Below are positions 55,241 through 64,000 of a DNA stretch of 64,000 bases, piece by piece. Made by a program: the position numbers and the translations under genes. The stretch covers positions 34,100,001-34,164,000 of the forward strand of contig CDPCPM010000076.1 in the NCBI GenBank assembly GCA_976551045.1. The letters are read 5' to 3'. The notes beneath the pieces were generated by a model. The model did no database searches. It saw only the letters and a program-made list of their open reading frames with translations, and was not told the DNA's origin. The stretch comes from Glaucostegus cemiculus. Taxonomy: Eukaryota. Every line of letters begins with the position of its first letter. Positions within the stretch are counted from its first letter, which is position 1.

Positions 55241-55710
55241 TTTTCTCTCACATTAAGCCATTTTATTGGCAATGACCAAGTAACCCACTGCTGTTATACA
55301 ACAGCTAAGCCAACGTTAAGCTTGGGGCTGGGACAAGGCTCATGGAAAAGAAAAAATAAATGTTGTCAATTTTAATTTTCAGTCACTCAAAACTGTGGAG
55401 CAACAGGATTTGGATATGTCACCATGTCAATTGGATTGGCAGTCACAGCTGTGTCTCTCCTTTGCCTTCTACAGTCCAAGGACATGTGGACAGGCAACTC
55501 AGAGTGCAGCACTGCCGCAAGGCATTTTCTTTGACTGGCAAAGCTCTTGGATTAGGAAAGAGTTTAGGAAGTGGGGATATCAGGGAAAGGGATGGGATTC
55601 GAGGATCTGCATTCAAGGGGAAAAGATGGTGTAGGAGTTCAGGGAAGGAGTGGGTTAAAGCACAGTGACTTAGTGGAAGTAAATGCTGAGGAATTACTTT
55701 AAGGAGCTGG

Positions 55711-55946
55711 TGTAGCGACTCACGCTACTAGTGTCCGAAACGCCGTTGGCTGCCGCGGGGAAACGCGCGAGTTCTTGCGATAGTGCCGGAAGGTGGGACT
55801 TCCGGTGGGAGTATGATGTCACTTCCGCCGGCCATGTTTTTTGTAGTTCTGCATATGCACGGCTTTTTGGTGAGTTATTAAAAGTGTGCTCGATCGAGTC
55901 TCCGCGTCCTCGTGTTTTTCTAAGTCGCACCCTGCTGGCTGCTACA
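55711..55946 (+). mobile_element. Solo LTR (236 bp), probably Gypsy-type, young
   Basis: TG...CA ends with 6-bp terminal inverted repeat TGTAGC...GCTACA. 4-bp target-site duplication CTGG at 55707-55710 and 55947-55950. ATTAAA at 55877-55882. About 20 intact CpGs in a CpG-depleted background. Confidence 0.85.
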
Positions 55947-57649
55947 CTGGCCATTGCTACTGCAGCTCCCCACAATGCAGCACATCAGAGAAAATGTCTC
56001 GCAGATGGTGAGCAGAAGGTCCCCTTTCTGTGATGTACGATTCTATGACTCTAATATTGCACATGTCCACCTACAGAAACAATTGGTAGGGTGATTACTT
56101 ATAATAGGACAAATCATATCGGCTTGGACCTAGCTCCAGAGGCTCCGCAAGCCCATATTTTATCTGGCTCACGTGCAGAGGGCACATCTTTCTGGTGTAA
56201 AGTGTACAGCACTCCAGTAGCAAGGTCTGAGCAGCAACATTGGTGCTTAGTGGAAGGCCCTCCCTGATTCGGCCCTGTATGCTTGCAGCGAAGGCAAAGT
56301 CCTGCCCTCGGCTTTGTACGCAGCAAACACTGCACATGGTTCTTTTAATGGTTTAATATACCACATTAATCTTTTAATATGGTATATGGAGACTTTTTAA
56401 AACCTGTCAAAAAGAACCTTGCCCTGCGTTAGATCAGCATTATGAATCTGCCAGTATATCCTGGATTTCCTGGTTTTGAGGTAGCAGCCTCACTTCCCTC
56501 TACACAGTTCAAAACCATTGCCATTTACCAATGAGATCAGGGCCAGTGAATTTTCAATAAGTGAAAATTTTTAAAAATTGCAGGTGCTGTAATTCTAAAA
56601 TCTAAATCTTCAACCTGAAATGTTAATTCCATTTCTCTTCCCACAGATGTGGCCTGACCTTTTGAGTACTTCCAGCATTTTGTGTTTTTATTTCGAGTTT
56701 TCAGTAAAATGGACACCCCGCGTTGAAAGTTCAACAAATAATTAGATATAAATATTTAATATAAACATATATTGATCTAATTTCTTCTATTCATTCTTAA
56801 AAATGATGATATTGAAATGTCACAGCTTTAGGGAGCAGCAAATAAATCAAATTTATAGAGATTATTATTGAAAAAATAAAGAATAATTGCTTCTGGTAGC
56901 TTGGATACTAAAGTTGATAAGAGATCTCAATCTGGCCTGTGCTGCATGCAAATTTCTCTCCTTCTCCATTATGGAAGCTTTGTTGTTGCCTCTTAACACT
57001 GCCTTTACCCAGCAGCTACATCATTAGTAACTGAATGGTTGCATTTCATTGAATAAGATGTTAAATTAATGTTTAAAAAATGACTTTGTTTTAATACAAG
57101 CCCATCCCCAGATGGAGGTTCAAAATGGCTCAGAATGCATAACATGCCTGTCTCAAATCTTGCAAAGTGAATGCATTATAGATAGGATATTACTTTCAAA
57201 CAGGCATGAAACAGTATTAACTACAGTCCAGACTACTGATCAGAAATTACAAGAAATTTAGACAATTAGAATGTACAGAATGTGCTTGGATATCACTTTT
57301 GATTAGCTTGTCCCTTTTCCAATGGAAAATCAATCTCAATCCCACAGCCAATAGTTATTAGCAGCCTTCCAGCTTCTGTATTACTGCCATTTTAATCAGG
57401 AAATCCTTTGACTCAGAAAGTTTTCACAGCTCTTTAAATTTTTTCAGCACCGGCTCTGTAGCTCTTGTTTAAGGAGGGAGGGGAGTTGGAGAAATGTTTT
57501 GTAATCTTGCTATGCACACTGCAGCAGAGTGCCAATGGTGCTGGAGGACTGAAAAATAGTGAATATGGCACCATGGTTTAAAATGAGAGAATGCCTTACC
57601 TTGGGAAAACTTTGGAAAACAATTCTCAGGAACAGTGTAAATTCGCTTT

Positions 57650-59010
57650 TACAAAAAAATGCAGGTTAATCAAAGGCAAGGCAACGTGTAGTTACTAACA
57701 ATTCACATTTTTGACGAAGATAGCACATTTGATGGAGTCCACATGAACTGTAGCACAGCTCCATGTTTGACCAAGCTCCATGTGGAAAACTGATTAAAAA
57801 AAAAGCCCATGAGATACAATTGAAAATACCAAGTTGGATCCAAAATTTGCACTGACAGAAAGCTAACTATAACGGTTGAGTGGTTTGGTAACTGGAAGGC
57901 CTGTGTCTGAGAGGACTTGGTGCTAACCTCTAGCCCTTTGTGGTACATATCCTTGACTAAATTCAGGATTAAAACGTTTGCAGATGGTACAAAGATTGAC
58001 CACATGATGGGTGGCGAGGAATAAAGTTGTCAGCTAGAGAAAGGTGTCACGGAATTGGCTAAGTGGCCACAAAGACTGCAAATAAAGTTAAATCCAGAGA
58101 AGTGCAAGGTGATGCATCTGGTGGGGGAAAACACAGTTAACAAGGGTAGGATCACTGTCTTCTTCTTAGACAATCCCTTTGGGTCAAGGATGATTTGGAA
58201 GAATATTAAGAGGTGTAGACAAGTGAAGAGATCAAGGACTGGATAGCCACAGATCCCCAAAGGTAGAAGAACAGCAAAATAATGTCCTCATAATCTCAAT
58301 TGGCCACTTGGTTTTATTTGTTGGGGCATAGAATATAGGAGTAGGGATAAACTACAAGAATTGGATAAAACACTAGTTAAACCAAAGAATCGTATGTACT
58401 GTTCTGGTTACTCCATTAGAAGAAAAATCTAATTATACATTTATTTAGTGAGATTTAAAAGATGCTGACAGAGCTTAAGAACTTTAGAGAAAAATCAAAA
58501 ATCTGCAGGTGCTGAGGATCTGAAATAAAAAGAAAAAAATACTGGAGAGCACAGCAGAGTTAATATTTCAGGTCAAAGATCTCTCTTCAGAACTAGGAGG
58601 AGAGAATTTCAAACATGGATGGACTGGGGTTGTTTTCTTGGAATAGAAGAGGTAGGGGGGGAGAGTTAATCAGAGCATACAAAACAAGTGACTTATGTCA
58701 AGTGAACAGGAATGACACATTTGCCCAGCAAGGTGGCTAAGAAATAGAGAGGTCTGATTAAAGCAACAGTTGGATTAGATGCGAGCTAAGGAATTTGCTT
58801 TCACCCAAAGACAGATGATAGTAAGTGAAGTGATCACCTGAAAGGATAATGGAGGCAGGGAAAGTAGCTGGAGGGGCTGTTGAAGGGCCGTGACCTTTCA
58901 GGCAAAGGGACGAAAGCTGCAAGTGTGGTTTAGCTAAATAACTGTTTGGCCAGCATTGACATGATGGACCAAATGGTCTCCTACTCATGCCACAAGAGCC
59001 TATGCTTTCA
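57650..59010 (+). mobile_element. Very decayed CR1 LINE with nested pLTR remnant (about 58495-58600)
   Basis: tttgcagatggtacaaag (FADxTK-like) and LNPEKCKVMHL. Confidence 0.65.
58558..58594 (-). ncRNA. Minimal hammerhead motif, second pLTR subfamily
   Basis: Minus strand reads AGTT CTGAAGA GAGATCTTTGACCT GAAAT ATT AACT: stem I AGUU/AACU and stem II AGAUC/GACCU with one mismatch. Confidence 0.5.
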
Positions 59011-62000
59011 TGGGCAGTTAAAAAAGCACAGGTAACATTCATTTGGTGAATATCCAGAAGTAATTTGAGGTTCTATCTGCTCCCAATCCACATGCAATTT
59101 TGTGAGTAAATATAAATCTGAAGGCCAATCAGCTCCCTTCCCCAAGATCAGTAGATCTCATGAAGGAGCATCAATGCAAATTTCATTGGCCTGCAGATGC
59201 ACCAACCACACTTTTTATCCTCACTGCGCAATGATAGTGACTCTACGTGCTCAACACCAGGTTCTTGCGGTACTAATACAGAGTCTACAAGTAGATGCTT
59301 ACTTTAAGCTGCAGGTTTAATCTTTCAGGAAGCATTCTACCCAGAGATCATTCCCCCTCATTTTTAAAATGAAGAAGGCTAACCTGTGTATTTATATGTA
59401 TCATTTTCCTGATATCTGAAACCACAACTAGCACTAATATAGCAAGAACAGATTAAAGCAATTAACCAGACATAAACTGAATTCGAGCCAGAGGAGGAGA
59501 CATTACAAAAGGCAACTGAAAACTGGGAAAAATATAATAGAATTTAAGGAGGATCTTTAAAAAGTACCGAGAACTGGATAGGTTTAGAGAAGTAATTTAA
59601 ACGTTTATGCCCTAGGCAGCTAAAGCGATGTCTGCCAATTACAGAATTAGAGGGTGGTGAGTGAGGCAAGAGATAGAACCAAAGACGTTCAGAGATCTGG
59701 TTATGTTCTACAGCTGAAGAAGGTTACATAGATAGTGAGACAAGGCCATGGAGAGATTTGAAAATCAGCATGAAATTTTAAATTTCACACATTAACAAAT
59801 TTGTTGAATTTAATTTCATAACTTGTCACTGGTGGCATTTGATGCATGATAATAGCCCAAAACAGACATCGAATATTCCGATAAAAGCTTCTTAAATCTA
59901 TGTCTGTCAGAGTACACCTCGTGCTACTGACAGAATAGCAGCTCACAGTATTATTGCCAAGTTTATTTTTACCTGCAAGCATCAATATCACAGAGGAGAA
60001 TTTGTACGAGCCAAAAGCCTATAAGGTCAGACTAATAAAATTTATCTTTAATGCTCTTAAATAATCACCACAAATTGTTCCCACCACCAATAGAAGACCT
60101 GTAATTACCATTCTTTTTCTGTTACGTTACAAAACACAGATTATCTCGAATATACAAACCAAGTTTAACAAAATCAAATTTATAAAAATACTAGATTATC
60201 ACAGCTCTGATAAGGAGAAGTTAAAAGCAGGACGTTATTCAGTCTCTACTGAAGGAGGTGGAACAGAGATCAAGTTAAAACAAATATCCTAATTTGAGAT
60301 TTTCCTGGAAATCATTTCAAAAATATTATTTACTACATGGGAAATAACCTTAAGAAAATGTCACATATACTAATGGAGGCCAGATGAGCAAGCTTGAAAG
60401 ATGGTGAAAGAGTACTTGAATGATATTGACAGTATCAATCAACATGCCTACTTGGAACAGCGGGAATTTATGATTGTGCAAATCATCACTTAAGCCAAAC
60501 TATTTTATTCACATTTATAGTAACAAGAAAACCTCCAAACACTACATGTTTTGGACGATAACTCCAGGTGAGCAAGGATAGCAGACATCATTCATCCTTG
60601 GTTTAATCATCACACAAGATCAAGGAGTGATGGGCACTCCTGGACAAAGAGATGTTACTTGTAGCAAACAGAATTAATACTGCCCATTACAGTTTGTACT
60701 TTGGTTGTTACAACTGAGGGCCTGTATAACAGCAATAAAATTACTCGAGCATTACTCTTCCAATTCATTATCTGAACTGCTGAATTCCTGCCTTATAATT
60801 ATCCTCACGTATTCAATACCCTCCAATTTCACAATGTCATAGTTTAATAATGAAAACCTGTATTTGCACTCGCATTTTCTCCCTGATTTTTGGAAAGGGC
60901 AGCTCCTATTGAGAAATGACACCACAGATGGCAGTTTCCTTCTGGTACCTTGTCTAAGTGCCAATTCTTCACTGGCAGCTTGATGACCTTTAACAGGACA
61001 TTTCAAAACCCAGAGCTACCAGCTTAACCCTATCCCAACATAAGCACTTCCCACAGCACCTTCAAGACAGCAGACAATGATCCGAAGTGGGAATCCTATT
61101 TTCCAAATTTAAGATCAATTGTTGCACCCTTATTTATAAGGCAGGACACGTGGTAAGTGAGCTGGGGCAAGCAGAGGGCAGATTACAAACTTCAGCCATT
61201 GTACCTTCACATTTGTGTTGCCTTAATCAGGAAAACTAAAGTAATTGGAGTCTTAATATTGATTGATAATTCTCAATGCAAACACCAGCAACATATTAAA
61301 CTATATCAACAGTTCAATCTCTAACTGCAGATTCCCATCCGTATTTTTCCCTCTAGGTCAAGGACATATTGTTCCACAACTAATTAATTTTTCTAAATAC
61401 TGGGGACTGGAGTTTTGATTATCCATCCTGTACTGCACTATTACCAGCATTAGTCAAGTAAATCACAGATGGTACAATGAAAATCCTGTTACAAGACCAT
61501 CAAGAAAATCCTGCAGTATTGCCCAGTCAGCAGGTCTGCCAAATGAGACAAGCTGCCTTTCAGAGATTATCCAACACCATCAGCTGCATATACGGCCCTT
61601 TGTGCATTTTGATAAAAGGATTCTTCAAATCATGTCACGTTTATAGCTACCTTCTGTCACTGTGGTGAAGAGTCATAGAAGCCCAGCTTCAATTCTGTTC
61701 AATGGTACTGAGAAAGTGTTTTTGTTAGAATTTCAATAGTCTTCTTTCCTTCAAATTATCAACTTCTGAAGAAAGATGTGATCCTCTCCAACTCCTTGAG
61801 AGTCAACACACAATCACTAAACTGGGCAATCAATCTCAAATAAATAATATTTAAAAACAAACTGACTAATTTCCTCTCCATATTTCCCATAAGAGATGAT
61901 TGGATCTAACTATTACAACCCAAGGGTCCTCATACTTCATCTGCCCCATAATAACTCATTTTAATGTGGGCAGTAGGAGGAGGCACAGATGAGTGACCAA

Positions 62001-62179
62001 TGCAAACATGCCTTGACACAATGGCAGTATACCAAGTCCTTGTTATTCACAGGGATAGGGGCACAGATTTTCCCGCAGATAACAAATAAAAATGCAGATA
62101 CCACTAAGGCCACTGACAATGGTCATCCCCTCCATGGACATAACTTCTATGCAAGTTTCAAATTTCAAACCAAACCATA

Positions 62180-62385
62180 CAAGCACACTGGACCCTGGTC
62201 CCAACCACACACCCGGCCCACAATGTGGACTCTGCCCCCCATTCCAGCCACACTCCGGACCCCGACTCCAGCCGCACACCCTGCCCAAGTTCTAGATACC
62301 AACTCAGCTAAAAACTGGCCCATGTTCCTGACCCTTAGTATTCCTGATTCCAATCTGACCCTGGCTCTGCCACACACTGACCATT
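62180..62385 (+). repeat. Degenerate C/A-rich minisatellite-like tract
   Basis: Recurring unit cacactggaccctggtcccaaccacacacccggccca / cacactccggaccccgactccagccgcacaccctgccca. Confidence 0.5.
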
Positions 62386-62419
62386 GATATTTCACAACTT
62401 GCCAGTACAAGACATCAAT

Positions 62420-63400
62420 TACAATCCATCTCATGGCAAACAGGATTCACCGGACTTCCTGGGAAAGGGCTCTGGAAGAACATGCTAGACTTACTATCGT
62501 TCCCAGTAATACAAGGCCAACCTTGAGTGCAGGGATCTGTGCATTATAGGTCTGCCAATAATGCATACTCCAACAAGAAGGAGAAGGGTGCAGATTCCAT
62601 TCCTTCTCTGAGCTCAAGTACAAATTAAAGGTGAACACTCCAATGGAGAACCTCAATTGGAGGTGTTGACTTAGAGAGGATTTATGAACCCAATGTTATA
62701 TCTCACCTCTCAGGAGGATGTTAGACATTTCTTGGTATTACTTGTCCAGTTTTTAGCCCTCAGCCAATATCACTACATTATCCTGGCATTAGGATATCCT
62801 GCTTAACCTAGGACTTGTGTAAATACTTCTTTGGCAGTTCATTGGGGCAGAAGCTGGCTTATTTCTACTCCAGGTCTCTGGGTTCTGACTGATGAGGACA
62901 TGCAAACTCTGGCACAGGTAAGACAGGAAGTGCTTGATGAGGCAGATGGGTGGGCTGTTTGGGAGGTACAGTGTCTGCAACTCTTATCATTTTTGATTGG
63001 CTTTTGCATCTTTCCATCAAAGACTCCAGGTGCTCTCTGCTACTATAAGCAGTCACAAGTCAAGGATTCCTATAAGCCAATGAGAAAGCTTTCTTTTCCA
63101 ACGAAGATTGGATAACATCCTCCTCTGTCCCCGAAATCCTGAGCCCTCTGATTTAAATATCTGGTGTTGGGCACATGGATGATGTGGCCCTCACACTGGA
63201 ACTCATTGGGCATGTCTAGAGCTTCAGTTTTGAGGGTGTTGGCCTGGGAGAGATACTGATGTTGGTTTACCTTCCTGCCACTGTACTTGTAAGGTTTTGC
63301 AGAGACACATCTTGAGGCTCCTGCAGTAGGTATTCCACATCTTCTAAGCAGAGAGGTGGGTGGTGATAAATGGCACCCATGTTTCTAACATTATAACTGC
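62420..63400 (-). mobile_element. Very decayed LINE (RTE-like)
   Basis: Fragmentary minus-strand ETW motif and RTE-like 3' sequence. No intact frame. Confidence 0.4.
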
Positions 63401-63914
63401 ACAACAGTGCAAAAATACTTCAGAGTGCAAAGTGTTTTCAGATATCTTTAAATCAGGAATGCACCAAAAAAGTCCAAAAGTCAGTAATATTGAGAGAGTG
63501 AAAGAAACATAACATCTGAACCACAGGGCTCTGATGAAAGACCTGAAACATTAACTGTTCCTCTCTCCGCATCTGCTGCCAGACCTGCTGGGCATTTTCC
63601 ATTTCTTTTTTTTAAAGCAGATTAAATGCAAGGTTTGTCATAGAGAAATCCATTCCATTGCTATGGTAACATTAATCATCAAGCATATTGTTCCTCAGAA
63701 AGGTATCAAAACTAATCCATTAGTGGGGGTGGAAAGATCAATACTACTAATAAACTTACGGCATCACACATGATCAATTTTCACCTTTTTACAATTGGAA
63801 TTGAAGAAGCAACAAAATAATCAATGTTACCCATTGGGAAGAGATCACTGCCACCTGATATGCTGCATTCTCCTACTACCAATGTTTCAAACAAGACAAG
63901 AAGATCCTATCCAC

Positions 63915-64000
63915 CTGATCAAGCTCAGTCCATCACATAAACCACCAGACTCCCCTCCATGGACTCCACCTACACTTCCCACTGCCAAGGAAATGCAGCC
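63915..64000 (+). mobile_element. Rex1/Babar-like LINE fragment running off the window end
   Basis: Translates LPSMDSTYTSHCQGNAA, comparable to LPFLMEIYQQRCICRAT in the 18780 ORF. Confidence 0.45.

Noticed and set aside
55694-56033. GC-rich ORFs 55694-55975 (-) and 55731-56033 (+), or a host CpG-island first exon
   Set aside because: The CpG-rich part is bounded exactly by LTR termini and a target-site duplication. The ORFs have non-ATG starts and no recognisable domain.
60752-61006. Minus ORF ending EFSSSDNELEE, faintly like the ELF N-terminus (FEFASN..E)
   Set aside because: Upstream residues do not match, there is no suitable ATG or donor phase, and I found no PAVIVExVP exon between it and 49373.

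Overview
Repeat-rich vertebrate nuclear DNA. The repeat families (V-SINE/HE1-type and Deu-domain SINEs, CR1, RTE, Rex1/Babar and Penelope-like elements) point to a cartilaginous fish, which is inference. The only protein-coding gene I can support is a minus-strand ELF1/2/4-subfamily ETS transcription factor, most likely ELF4. Six GT-AG coding exons (49373-49266, 48825-48649, 46736-46653, 44350-44158, 43979-43563, 41672-40745) splice in frame to about 634 codons plus stop. I did not find its N-terminal exons, so they probably lie beyond 64000. The rest is mostly decayed retroelements. Best leads: (1) a young 236-bp CpG-rich solo LTR in the ELF intron, carrying ETS, ETS-CRE and YY1 motifs and a splice donor in the gene's orientation, so a candidate autoregulated alternative promoter; (2) about 17 Penelope pseudo-LTR remnants, several with minimal hammerhead ribozyme cores and covarying stems; (3) a 22-bp 3'UTR hairpin between two Pumilio elements; (4) a perfect 58-bp inverted repeat; (5) a 144-bp palindrome with RFX X-box ends. 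Transposon boundaries were read by eye and are approximate. There is no CRISPR array, rRNA or true tRNA gene.
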